DNA of 64,000 nt from a virus. Under the pieces are notes generated by a model. It had not been told where the DNA came from. It searched no databases and saw only the letters and a list, made by a program, of their open reading frames with translations. Location of the stretch: positions 64,001 through 128,000 of the IMG/VR virus record IMGVR_UViG_3300044825_001821; one strand, given 5' to 3'. The translations under genes were made by a program, and so were the position numbers. Shown piece by piece: positions 1 to 9,377 of this stretch (position 1 is the first letter of the stretch; the number at the start of each line of letters is the position of its first letter).

Positions 1-20
1 ACGTGGAAATTACGGTAACG

Positions 21-245
21 ATGCCTACTAAAGATGAAATGCTGAAGTTTTCTTTACAGATTGAACGGTTGGTAGCCAATACAGATTACACATATCTTGA
101 GGCTATCACCGAACACTGTAAAGAAACTGGTTTGGAGTTAGAGGTTGCTGCTTCACTCATCACACCAAATCTCAAATCAAAAATACATGAGCAAGCAGAG
201 CGTTTGAATATGTTAAAAGTGAAAGGTAATCGTTTACCGATATGA
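21..245 (+). CDS. 33: Late-transcription coactivator gp33
   Basis: YLEAITEHC..GLELEVAASLITPNLKSKI..AERLNML pattern; upstream of gp59. ATG at 21 preferred over GTG at 3 because another frame closes with TAA at 16-18 (probable upstream gene end). Confidence 0.85.
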   Translation: MPTKDEMLKFSLQIERLVANTDYTYLEAITEHCKETGLELEVAASLITPNLKSKIHEQAERLNMLKVKGNRLPI

Positions 246-865
246 CAGGTTATGAAGCATTTTGTTTATACACTTCTCTCAAACTTCATTTCAATTCCGA
301 TTCTTACGATTACTTTAAGTATAATGGTAAGGTAAATACGAGTATTGATGCATTTGAGAACCGCAAGGACAAATATCATTTCTATAAACTGAGTCGGAGA
401 TTTGCCAATGCTGACCAAGGCCGAGATTTTATTGTTGCTAATCTTGTGTATGATTCTAATGTTTGGATTGGACATTTATTAACAGAAGAATCCGATCTTG
501 AGTATCGCAAACGTCAAAAATATGTTCAATCATTGACATACACATTCAACGGTGAAATTGATATTCTATTTCATGATGAACCTAAAGGCGCTAATGAATA
601 TTTCATCGTGCATGATGGTGAGTATCCAAAATTATTGACACGACATTTACAGGGTGATATTTCTCTTGAAACGATGTGTATTCTAAACAAGATACTTAAC
701 TTTCTACCACGATGGGATAAACAAATTACAGATACAATTCATTACCCTACAGTCAGTCGCACGATGAAAAAATATTCACCGTTCATGAAATACGATGTAA
801 CAAAATACAAACTTTTATTGAGAAATGCATACGATCATTATGAAAATACAGAAAATATATCTTGA
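242..865 (+). CDS. 59: Helicase loader gp59
   Basis: N-terminal YEAFCLYTSLKLHF..YDYFKYNGK..F..RKDKYHF.KL motif; 207 aa; 33-59-32 synteny. Confidence 0.9.
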   Translation: MTGYEAFCLYTSLKLHFNSDSYDYFKYNGKVNTSIDAFENRKDKYHFYKLSRRFANADQGRDFIVANLVYDSNVWIGHLLTEESDLEYRKRQKYVQSLTYTFNGEIDILFHDEPKGANEYFIVHDGEYPKLLTRHLQGDISLETMCILNKILNFLPRWDKQITDTIHYPTVSRTMKKYSPFMKYDVTKYKLLLRNAYDHYENTENIS

Positions 866-1382
866 TATGGACGGAGTTCTTTGTGACTTCTATAAAAGAT
901 ACAAAGAAGTTTTCGATGTAGATTTACTAGCAAAACGTCCACATGGTGAAAAGATTACATTGGAGTGGAATCAATTTGTTGAAGGTAAACATTTTGAAAA
1001 TCTTGATTGGCATCCAGGTGGTAAAGAACTGTTGAAGTATATCATCTCACTTGATATACCTGTAGAGATTCTTTCATCTTCTGGTGGTCATAAACATCAT
1101 GAAGAAGTAAAGAAGCAGAAAAAGGTCTGGCTGAAAAGACATCACATTGACTTTACAGCCAATATCGTACCTGGTCGTAAATTAAAAGCTACCTATGCAA
1201 AACCAGATATCATTCTTATCGATGATACCAATGATGTGATTGATGATTTTAATATGGCAGGCGGCATAGGCATTCTTCACAAAGATACGGCTAAAACGAT
1301 AAAAATCGTGCAATCTATTCTTGACGACACATATATAAAAGTATATAATGAATCATGTGAACAAGATGCACATACAAACTAA
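840..1382 (+). CDS. HAD-superfamily 5'(3')-deoxyribonucleotidase-like phosphatase
   Basis: IYLDMDGVLCDF (HAD motif I), ILSS (motif II), K..WL, ILIDD (motif IV), GG.GILH. Start at 840 or 825. Confidence 0.8.
   Translation: MKIQKIYLDMDGVLCDFYKRYKEVFDVDLLAKRPHGEKITLEWNQFVEGKHFENLDWHPGGKELLKYIISLDIPVEILSSSGGHKHHEEVKKQKKVWLKRHHIDFTANIVPGRKLKATYAKPDIILIDDTNDVIDDFNMAGGIGILHKDTAKTIKIVQSILDDTYIKVYNESCEQDAHTN
1321..1349 (+). promoter_or_regulatory. sigma70-type promoter upstream of gene 32
   Basis: TTGACG (1321-1326), 17-bp spacer, TATAAT (1344-1349); lies inside the 3' end of the HAD gene. Confidence 0.7.
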
Positions 1383-1406
1383 TACTAACTTATACGAGGT
1401 AATAAC

Positions 1407-2267
1407 ATGGCAGATTTTTCTTCTCTCAAACGCAATCGCAATTCGTTCGACAAACTAACGAAAGCGATTGAATCAATCAATACCCCCGCAGAAGGTTCCA
1501 AAGAAGATGATCGCTTCTGGCAACCAGAAGTAGATAAAGCAGGAAATGGTATGGCAGTTATTCGTTTTCTACCTGCACCAGCAGTAGATGGTGATGATGC
1601 ACTGCCTTGGGTACGAGTATTCAATCATGGCTTCCAAGGTCCCGGTGGCTGGTACATTGAGAACTCACTCACAACTCTTAATCAGAAAGACCCAGTATCA
1701 GAATACAACTCTGTGCTGTGGAACTCTGGTATTGAAGCAAACAAAGAAATTGCACGTAAGCAGAAACGCCGTTTGACATACATTGCAAATGTGTTGATTG
1801 TTTCTGATCCTAAGAATCCAGAAAACGAAGGCCAAATCAAACTGTACAAGTTCGGTAAGAAAATCTTTGATAAACTTACTGAAGCAATGAATCCACAGTT
1901 TGAAGATGAAAAGGCAATCAATCCTTTTGACTTCTGGGAAGGCGCAAACTTCAAAATCAAGATTCGTCAAGTTGAAGGTTATCGTAACTATGACAAGTCT
2001 GAGTTTGAAAAACCATCTGCGTTATCTGATGATGATGCTAAACTTGAAGAAATGTGGAAAAGAGAATACTCACTCAAAGAGTTTCTTGATCCTAAGCACT
2101 TCAAACCATATGATGTGTTGAAAGCAAAACTTGATAAGGTGTTGGGTCTTGATGGTGCAGCACCAGTTTCAAAGACTAAGGCAGTCGATGAAAACTTTGT
2201 ACCAAAAACTTCACCAGACCTTGATGATGAAGAACTTGATTATTTCAAGAGTTTAGCAGAAGATTAA
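1407..2267 (+). CDS. 32: Single-stranded DNA-binding protein gp32
   Basis: DDRFW.P..DKAGNG.AVIRFLP, HGFQGPGGWYIENSLTTL, KFGKKIFDK, NPFDFWEGANFK.KIR, acidic C-terminus; GAGGT RBS at 1396-1400. Confidence 0.97.
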   Translation: MADFSSLKRNRNSFDKLTKAIESINTPAEGSKEDDRFWQPEVDKAGNGMAVIRFLPAPAVDGDDALPWVRVFNHGFQGPGGWYIENSLTTLNQKDPVSEYNSVLWNSGIEANKEIARKQKRRLTYIANVLIVSDPKNPENEGQIKLYKFGKKIFDKLTEAMNPQFEDEKAINPFDFWEGANFKIKIRQVEGYRNYDKSEFEKPSALSDDDAKLEEMWKREYSLKEFLDPKHFKPYDVLKAKLDKVLGLDGAAPVSKTKAVDENFVPKTSPDLDDEELDYFKSLAED

Positions 2268-2294
2268 ATCCTCCTTTATCTTAATCAACTGCGG

Positions 2295-2318
2295 CGCCAC
2301 CTTCGGGTGGCGTTTTTT
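2295..2318 (+). terminator. Rho-independent terminator with C(UUCG)G tetraloop
   Basis: CGCCACC-TTCG-GGTGGCG followed by a T6 run; between convergent genes. Confidence 0.9.
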
Positions 2319-4917
2319 ATGCGTATTGACGATTGAGTAATGCTGCTAAAACTTTTTCGTTAGTTTCTTGTATGTTGGATGGAGTTGAAGTTTTGTTTTC
2401 AACTTTATTTGCAATAATCGTTGAAGAGAAGTTTAAGAAAGAGCCACCTTTGTTTGTTTCATCTTCTAAGTTTCTCATTGCCGTTCTCATTTCTTCCGAC
2501 ATCAATCCTAGCTTACCACCTGTCATTTGATCAAGTGCAGCCATGCCTTTGGTTAGATCAGCAAACATACTACCAGCAATAGTTTGTTTCTCTTCTTTTT
2601 CTTGCTCTGCTACTCTGACATCATTAGCATTTGCCGCTGGCATTGTAAATGGTGTACCCTCTGCTGGCGCAGCATCTTTTGCCATAGCAGTCAAAGGCAT
2701 ATTTGGGTATAACCCTCTATATTTGTCTGCCGCTTCTTTTGATTTAAATTGAACATGAATGTGTGGTCCAGTTGCCTTTGATGAAGGATTGTTCAGTTCA
2801 TCTATAACTGAAAAATCAGCGGCAGTTAAACCTTTTTCTTTTAGATGATTTCTTACCGCTTCTGCTGCTCTAGCATATTCTGCTGAACCACCATTAACTG
2901 TGAAGTCAATAGCAAGACCTGCCGCATGTTTTGAACCGGGTGAAACTCTATTGTGAAAAGCATCATCAAAGGCAGTAAACTTATTAAAACCAGGAACAAG
3001 ACTCATTAAGTTTTGTGCCAAAATATCTGTTCCAGCTTCGTGTTGTTTTGCTGAAACATCACCTTGTTTCATTTTTGCTTGAACCGCTGCCGTTGCTTCA
3101 TAAGAATATCCAGCCATTGTTCTTTCTGGTGTGGTGCTTTCAGGACCAGCCATTTCTCTTTGTTTTGCTAAAACTTGAGATGCAGAAGATGGCGCTGGTG
3201 TTGATGGTGCCGAAGCTTCTGGTGATTTTGAAACAGCACTTGGTGCTGGTGCTGGTGCGGCAGTTGGTGTTGGTGATGGAGGTTCCTGTACTGTACCTCC
3301 TGTCTCTTGTTTTTCGGCAGCATCAATATCTGTTTGAAGGTCTTTTATTAAACCACCATCTTCATTTTCACCATCAGAAGAAACAAACAATAAATGATAA
3401 AGACTGTAAATGTCATATGCTGCCAAGCCCAACAACAAAGCATTAACAACCAAACTAAATCCTGCTGTTGCTGGTGCTGCTGCAAATGATGCTGCTTGTG
3501 CAGTAATAAATGCTGATAGTCTAGCGGCGGCTGCTGTACCAAATCTTTTGGTAAATGCAGTCATCACTTTGGTTTTTATTTTCGAATTCGTGGCCATTGC
3601 ACGAACTGTTCTTGCCACCTTTTCAGCATATGTTTTGATGTAATTTTTTGCTGACTCAAATCCTTTTTCCATTGAAACTAGAATGTTTTTTGCTTTACTT
3701 GATAACTTGTTCCATGTTTCGCCAGCAGAACTTTTTGCTCTTTGCCACCAACTTTTGGATTTTGGTGCTTCTTCTGAAGCCTCTCTTGCTGCTTTTATTT
3801 GATCTAAACGAGCGTTTCTAGAAGCCTTTCTATCTTGCATTTTTTCTTGTGTGCTACCAGGTCTTGTACGTTTGTCTGTTTTATCGGGAACATCAGGAAC
3901 GTCTGGTGTTACTGGTCCACAATCACAAGCACCTGGTTTACTAAAGTTTGCTGCACCAATTGCGGCACCCAATCTAATCATTTGAACTTTAAATGACATC
4001 ATGGCAACATAAAGTATAGCAGCTTCACCTATGAACTTTAAAATTTCTTCTGATATCTTTGCTTTTGTTCCATCTCTTGCAGTGTAGTCTAAATCCCATG
4101 CATTTCTAATTAATTGCATTAGGTTTACACCAATCGATCTTAGAGCATCAGAAAATCTTTGATCTTGTGTTAATGCGGCAAAAGAACTTGCAAGAATCGA
4201 TAATACGGGAACAATAACATCAATAATTTTTGTTACGAATTGTACCACACCATCTTTAATAGTATTGGTATTTTGTGAGAAAATTTCTGTCACAATTGAT
4301 GCAAGAGAACTTACCGAATCAAAAATTGCAGAAAAAACATTTTTGACGGTTCTTAAAATTGTGGCTACAATTTCACCATCACTGATTAATGTTTTAAATA
4401 TCTCAAAACTCTTCATCAAAGCATTACCAATGAAAGTAAATATTGATGATATTGTTTTATAAAAGGCTGCTTTTACTTCACTGTCTTGAAATAAAGATTT
4501 GACTAGTGTAATCGCAGATTTTGCTAAATCAATCAAGGCAGAAAATATCATGGCAATAAACTTACCAAGATATTGTCCTGCATCACTACTGAAGATTAAT
4601 TTGGCTATTCCAGCAACACCAAGAACCAAAAATAAACTACCTAAAACTCCAGCAATGTTTTTTAACATTGAAAAGAGGCCTGAGGTGTGATCGGCTATAG
4701 ACTTCTTTCTAGGGTCTATTTTTTCTAGCGTTACCTTAGCAAATTTTTGTCTGTAGGTAAGTTGTCTTTGTCTTGAAAATTCAGAGGTACGAATCGCACC
4801 TTCTTGTTTTTTAAGATGAACAAGTTTTACAAAACCAATTTTTATTGCCTCAAAGTCTTTTGCTATGACGGGCAATATTGATTTTAGGTCGCCTTTATTT
4901 GCTGCAATCGGTGTCAT
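2317..4917 (-). CDS. Tape-measure/gp29-like protein with C-terminal M15-type Zn peptidase domain
   Basis: 866 aa; long amphipathic helical region, hydrophobic segments, Pro/Ala linker, then SKHAAGLAIDF...GPHIHVQF (H-x6-D...HxH); downstream of gp26/gp51. Confidence 0.65.
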   Translation of the reverse strand: MTPIAANKGDLKSILPVIAKDFEAIKIGFVKLVHLKKQEGAIRTSEFSRQRQLTYRQKFAKVTLEKIDPRKKSIADHTSGLFSMLKNIAGVLGSLFLVLGVAGIAKLIFSSDAGQYLGKFIAMIFSALIDLAKSAITLVKSLFQDSEVKAAFYKTISSIFTFIGNALMKSFEIFKTLISDGEIVATILRTVKNVFSAIFDSVSSLASIVTEIFSQNTNTIKDGVVQFVTKIIDVIVPVLSILASSFAALTQDQRFSDALRSIGVNLMQLIRNAWDLDYTARDGTKAKISEEILKFIGEAAILYVAMMSFKVQMIRLGAAIGAANFSKPGACDCGPVTPDVPDVPDKTDKRTRPGSTQEKMQDRKASRNARLDQIKAAREASEEAPKSKSWWQRAKSSAGETWNKLSSKAKNILVSMEKGFESAKNYIKTYAEKVARTVRAMATNSKIKTKVMTAFTKRFGTAAAARLSAFITAQAASFAAAPATAGFSLVVNALLLGLAAYDIYSLYHLLFVSSDGENEDGGLIKDLQTDIDAAEKQETGGTVQEPPSPTPTAAPAPAPSAVSKSPEASAPSTPAPSSASQVLAKQREMAGPESTTPERTMAGYSYEATAAVQAKMKQGDVSAKQHEAGTDILAQNLMSLVPGFNKFTAFDDAFHNRVSPGSKHAAGLAIDFTVNGGSAEYARAAEAVRNHLKEKGLTAADFSVIDELNNPSSKATGPHIHVQFKSKEAADKYRGLYPNMPLTAMAKDAAPAEGTPFTMPAANANDVRVAEQEKEEKQTIAGSMFADLTKGMAALDQMTGGKLGLMSEEMRTAMRNLEDETNKGGSFLNFSSTIIANKVENKTSTPSNIQETNEKVLAALLNRQYA

Positions 4918-4918
4918 C

Positions 4919-7123
4919 TTATGCTATTGAAAGTTTGCTGAGAAGAGTTTCATCAAAGATTCCAGGGATTGGACCTGAAAAACCTGTTGAACTATCTGCT
5001 GTAATGTTTGTAGAACCGTCAACAATATCTTCATTGCCAAATAGATTTCTAGTTCTCAATGCCTTTGCTAAATCTCCTGATGCAACACCAAGTTTGCCTC
5101 CAGTCATTTCATCTAACTGTTTCATAAAGTTACCAGAAGAGCCAGTAGTCATAAGTGCTGCTAATGTATCACCAAATGTTTTTGGTGGTTCTGGTGGTGC
5201 GTTGGCTGCCGTTTGTGAAGGTCCAGTGGGAGATGGTGAAGATGCTGTTGATCCACCTGGTACAGGAGATGGTGCGGCAGCTAATTGAGTCGGAACGTCT
5301 GACCCCGCACCCGCAAATAAAGTGGCTTCTTTTAATCTTCTAGTATCTAATCCTGCAAGATATTTTCCACCAGAAGTTTTATAACCTTTTTCATAAATGA
5401 TTTTTGATGCTGCTTCCATATCATTTTTCAAAATGGCTTCTCTCAGACCATTTTTCACAAGGTGATTAATTATTCCAGCACCACCATTATATGCCAAAGA
5501 TGTTAAGGCATTCTTTTGATCTTGATTTAATTTTATCCAAGCATCAGAACCTAATCCTTTTGATGCGATTGCTTCATATTTTGGTATGTCTGAATTTAGA
5601 AGTGCTTTTGCTTCTTCTTTCGTAATCGTCGTGTCTTTTCCACCAGGACCTTTTATTTCAATTCTTTTTCCGTTACCTAAATTAATATAACCTTGTTTTA
5701 TTTCTGCTTCAGTTATCAGATGACCAAACCCAACAGAATATTGATTTTTTGTATTATTAGGAGGATCGAGATATGCTTTACCAGCAAAACCTTCCATTGA
5801 GGATATAAAGTCTGCTGATGATTTTCCTGTAAATGTTTTTGCTGTAGAAACTGCTGAAGCTTTTTGTTCTGATGAAGCAGGACCTTCAGCAAATGTTCTT
5901 GATGGAGTTGTGTTTTTTCTTTCTTCTTCTCTTCTCTTTGCTTCCTTTGATGCATCAGAAAATTGTGTTGCTGCTGTGTAACCACCATAACCCATTGCAG
6001 CAACACCTGCAACATTTGTTGCTGTTCCAAGCCCACTGAGAAGTTTTTTTCCTAAAGATTTTTTACCTCCAGTGCCTGCGGCACCTCCAGTGCCACCTCC
6101 ACCACCTCCTGATGGTAAACCTAAAGAACCTCCAACACTTTTTGCTACGATTGCTGCTGTCAATCCTGCCATTACACCTTCAAGTAATATAAATCCTGCA
6201 CCAAGTGCTATGGCAGCCATTTTCAGATTTACTGGCTGTCCAGCAATAGAACCTATAGGTTCATTTAATATCGTATTAAAGAAATCTAATACCGATCTAT
6301 AAATTTTTGCTACGGCATCACGGAAGTTGGGGTCTTGTATAAGTACATCAACAAACTTTACTGCACCTGCTATACCTTCTGCAATTTTAACGAAGATTGT
6401 AACGATACCGTTTTTGATAGACTCTTGATTTTCACTTAGTGCTTTACCTGCTATGTCAATGGCTGACATTAAACCAGTAAATAAAGTTCCAATTACGGCT
6501 ACAATTATTTTGCCGATACTCTCTTTGTTCTCAGGATCAGTTATGATGTTTTTAAATACATCGGCTGCTTTTGAAATGCCGTCGGCGATGAATGTGAAAA
6601 CTTTTTTGAGAAGATTGGTAATTGAATTGATGACTTCGTTATCTTTTAATAGATCACCCAAAAAGCTTACGCCTTTTTGTATGATGTCAGAAACCGCAAG
6701 TATGAATTTTCTAAAGAAATCTTTTAAGCCATCCATTACACCAGGCAGGCTTAAAAGTTTTGAAGCACCCATGGCAATAAGACCGAGCAGTGCAAACTTA
6801 AAGATGTTAGAAAGTCCATCTTTTATGATGTCCATAAAAGATTTCTTCTCAGTCGTTACGACTTTTTTATCTTCTTTAGTGGGTTTTACTTTTTTGTATC
6901 TTGAGGCATAATCTTCAGTTCTACGTCTTTGTCTTTCAAAATATTGAGTTTTTTTATCTGCCTCTTGAACTTTGACTAAAGACATCAAACTTGATTTGAT
7001 GATGTTCAAATTTTGAGCGATATTAGGCAGGTATTTTTTCAATACCGCCGAATCAGTTTTCATTGAACTATGTGATGTTCTACCTTTAGTCCACCAAGCA
7101 ATATCGTCGTCTTTTTCTGCCAT
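4919..7123 (-). CDS. Tape-measure/gp29-like protein with GH24 phage lysozyme domain
   Basis: 734 aa; helical N-terminal half paralogous to 2317-4917; FISSMEGFAGKAYLD...SVGFGH...QKNALTSLAYNGG...GLDTRRLKEATLF. Confidence 0.7.
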   Translation of the reverse strand: MAEKDDDIAWWTKGRTSHSSMKTDSAVLKKYLPNIAQNLNIIKSSLMSLVKVQEADKKTQYFERQRRRTEDYASRYKKVKPTKEDKKVVTTEKKSFMDIIKDGLSNIFKFALLGLIAMGASKLLSLPGVMDGLKDFFRKFILAVSDIIQKGVSFLGDLLKDNEVINSITNLLKKVFTFIADGISKAADVFKNIITDPENKESIGKIIVAVIGTLFTGLMSAIDIAGKALSENQESIKNGIVTIFVKIAEGIAGAVKFVDVLIQDPNFRDAVAKIYRSVLDFFNTILNEPIGSIAGQPVNLKMAAIALGAGFILLEGVMAGLTAAIVAKSVGGSLGLPSGGGGGGTGGAAGTGGKKSLGKKLLSGLGTATNVAGVAAMGYGGYTAATQFSDASKEAKRREEERKNTTPSRTFAEGPASSEQKASAVSTAKTFTGKSSADFISSMEGFAGKAYLDPPNNTKNQYSVGFGHLITEAEIKQGYINLGNGKRIEIKGPGGKDTTITKEEAKALLNSDIPKYEAIASKGLGSDAWIKLNQDQKNALTSLAYNGGAGIINHLVKNGLREAILKNDMEAASKIIYEKGYKTSGGKYLAGLDTRRLKEATLFAGAGSDVPTQLAAAPSPVPGGSTASSPSPTGPSQTAANAPPEPPKTFGDTLAALMTTGSSGNFMKQLDEMTGGKLGVASGDLAKALRTRNLFGNEDIVDGSTNITADSSTGFSGPIPGIFDETLLSKLSIA

Positions 7124-7329
7124 TAAGTTTTTCCTGCTTTTCGTTTTTCTTCTTTTATTCTTTCTGTTTCTTCATCAAGAAACTTCAACAACAAGTCAAC
7201 GTAGACTTGTCTTTCCCAAGGCAATAAATTATCCAATTCAGTCAAACTATATTTGTGATGCTGCATCAACGCAAAGTTAGTTTGAAAATAATTACCTAAT
7301 GTCTCATGACTAAATGCTATCCGAAAAAA
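7123..7329 (-). CDS. 51: Baseplate hub assembly protein gp51 (not in ORF track; no proper start, probably reached by -1 frameshift from gp26)
   Basis: Hand translation: FFRIAFSHETLGNYFQTNFALMQHHKYSLTELDNLLPWERQVYVDLLLKFLDEETERIKEEKRKAGKT*. NFALMQHHKYSLTE...PWER is the gp51 signature. First ATG is at 7266. Confidence 0.85.
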   Translation of the reverse strand, partial: FFRIAFSHETLGNYFQTNFALMQHHKYSLTELDNLLPWERQVYVDLLLKFLDEETERIKEEKRKAGKT

Positions 7330-8039
7330 CTTTGAATTCCTTCTAATGGTAAAGTTTCATGATAGCCACATTTATTACATTCAAACTCAACATCTTTTCT
7401 AATCTTGGGTAGAGTGTTAAAGAATTCAGAAACCTTTTCTAAATCTGATTGTTTCAGGTTTTCAATAAAGTCAACCAATTCTTTCTGTGATGTATCTTTT
7501 GCATAATAGATTTGTTCATCATCATAAATGTAATCAATACAAGACACGATTACATTTAAAATTTGATCCATATCTTCAGCATTTATATCAGCCAAGTTTA
7601 CTGAACCAAATGTTGGATACTTCATTACGATGCCAACTTTATCTGTAATTTGTATTTTATTTTTGTGCTCGTTATTCAGTTCAGGTTTGATGTCTAGCAC
7701 ATTTACATCAATTTGAACAGCGTTGCCGCACTTCTTTTCTTCATCTATATTGTTGTTGCAGGTAAATCTCAAGTTTACAACTTCACCAACCGATCTTGCT
7801 CTGAGTTGAAGAAACACATATTCAATATCAAACGTGGCCATTTTGTCCACATCAATATCATCAAGTATACAGTTTCTTAAAACTTGTTTGATCGTATTAA
7901 TTGTTTCTTTTTGATCGTCCGACTCACTTGCCATAAGAAACAATTTTTGTTCTTTGACTAGAAAAGGTCTAAAGCGAATCAACTCACCATTTGAAATCAA
8001 ATGAGTTTCATAAATTGGAACATCTATTTTAGGTAACAT
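7317..8039 (-). CDS. 26: Baseplate hub assembly chaperone gp26
   Basis: MLPKIDVPIY, FRPFLVKEQK.F, FDIEYVFLQLRARSVGE, MKYP, CxxC near the end, C-terminal GIQSFFG. Confidence 0.92.
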   Translation of the reverse strand: MLPKIDVPIYETHLISNGELIRFRPFLVKEQKLFLMASESDDQKETINTIKQVLRNCILDDIDVDKMATFDIEYVFLQLRARSVGEVVNLRFTCNNNIDEEKKCGNAVQIDVNVLDIKPELNNEHKNKIQITDKVGIVMKYPTFGSVNLADINAEDMDQILNVIVSCIDYIYDDEQIYYAKDTSQKELVDFIENLKQSDLEKVSEFFNTLPKIRKDVEFECNKCGYHETLPLEGIQSFFG

Positions 8040-8057
8040 AATATCCTCATTAAAAAA

Positions 8058-8789
8058 TTAAAATGCTCTGAACAATGCTGACCCACCACCAAGTGCCAAA
8101 TTAGAAATTGATTCACCAACATCAACTGTGCTATCAACAAGTGGCACATATTTTTGATAGGCGAACTGAACACTCAGTCTGTGAAAGTTATCATCACCCC
8201 AACTTAGTTGTTGTGCTGCAATGCTAATTGGAAATGCATCAATCATTTTCACACCAAATATTTGTGTGACATCATCATTATATTGTTTGACAGTTATCTC
8301 AGTCATGTATTTTGTATTTTCACCTTTAGGGTAACGTAAATTATTTGTGTCGGTTGGCATGATAGCTTCTAACCAACGCTCAAATAACTTACGCTCATAG
8401 AAATCGTTTGTACAAATAAATGTCAACGTTGTTTCTGCGTACTGTACTTGATATGGAACTTTAAAAACAGGACCATAAATTTTCACATCTTCGGTGACTA
8501 AATTTTTTCCAGGTAATTCAGCAGACTCACATTGTAGTGACAAGTATCTTGATATTGTTGGATTTGATCCTTTATTGTCACCTTCGTTTGTGCCTAATGC
8601 ATTATTGATTGCATCTGTCACATCCGACATAATTGAATTTGGTATATTAAGCACTTTTTCTATCAAAGAGTTCTTTACAAACTGAGCCACATAAGCGGGA
8701 ATAGGAAGAATCACTTGATATCTTGATGGTCTTGCTAAACCGCCTTTTGCGTTTACATTTGATATAAAAGATTGTGGTGAAAATGCCAT
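8058..8789 (-). CDS. Tail-tube-like baseplate protein (gp54-like tube initiator)
   Basis: GGLARPSRYQV, LQCESAELPG, ER..FERW, FPISI..QQLSW, LSVQFAY (gp19-like fold). True start probably MAFSPQ at 8789, overlapping the gp2 stop. Confidence 0.75.
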   Translation of the reverse strand: MAFSPQSFISNVNAKGGLARPSRYQVILPIPAYVAQFVKNSLIEKVLNIPNSIMSDVTDAINNALGTNEGDNKGSNPTISRYLSLQCESAELPGKNLVTEDVKIYGPVFKVPYQVQYAETTLTFICTNDFYERKLFERWLEAIMPTDTNNLRYPKGENTKYMTEITVKQYNDDVTQIFGVKMIDAFPISIAAQQLSWGDDNFHRLSVQFAYQKYVPLVDSTVDVGESISNLALGGGSALFRAF

Positions 8790-9370
8790 TAAAATTTGTC
8801 CTCTGAGTCTGACCAGACTTTGCTGGCGCTTGCTTTTGCAAATGATTCTACCGGTAACATGACGGCAATATCCCATTCATCTGCTGTAATCTCAAGAAAA
8901 CGAGACTGCACGTGACTTGACAAGTATCGTTTGATACATGGTGTAGCCTCATAAATTTTAGATGCTCGTTTCAAAAAATCATAACTGATTCTAAATCTAG
9001 TACCTTCATCATAACGATGATCAGTTAAAATGGTACTCAATTTGTCTAGAAGAATGATTCGTCGCTTTGGGTGAATGTAATGTAGATTCAACCCTAAAAA
9101 CCCGTCTGAGTATCGTTCTATTGGAATAACCAATGGGAACCTGTCGTAATATGGCAACGAATCTTTCGTCTTTGGATCATAATAATAAAAGTACATACGA
9201 CCTATGATAGACTGATTCTTTAATCGTTCCCTGTCACGCATCAGTTCCCCTTTTGTGGGTCTGAGTGCCGGAACTTTGGATTTTAGCCACGTTCTTGCTT
9301 CACGTGAACGTGGAGCATATCCTGACTTAGTAAGGGATTCCTTAATTCTATCGATGAGTCGTTTCGCCAT
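8789..9370 (-). CDS. 2: DNA end protector gp2
   Basis: GRMYFYYYDPKTKDSLPYYDRFPLV, GFLGLNLHY, CIKRYL..HV.S, W..AVMLPVE.F, VW.DS. Confidence 0.93.
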   Translation of the reverse strand: MAKRLIDRIKESLTKSGYAPRSREARTWLKSKVPALRPTKGELMRDRERLKNQSIIGRMYFYYYDPKTKDSLPYYDRFPLVIPIERYSDGFLGLNLHYIHPKRRIILLDKLSTILTDHRYDEGTRFRISYDFLKRASKIYEATPCIKRYLSSHVQSRFLEITADEWDIAVMLPVESFAKASASKVWSDSEDKF

Positions 9371-9377
9371 CTTATAT

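Noticed and set aside
2333-6911. Plus-strand ORFs opposite the tape-measure-like genes
   Set aside because: Antisense shadows with no recognisable motifs.
8790-8876. N-terminal extension of the 272-aa ORF call
   Set aside because: Overlaps gp2 on the same strand; the ATG at 8789, coupled to the gp2 stop, is the more plausible start.
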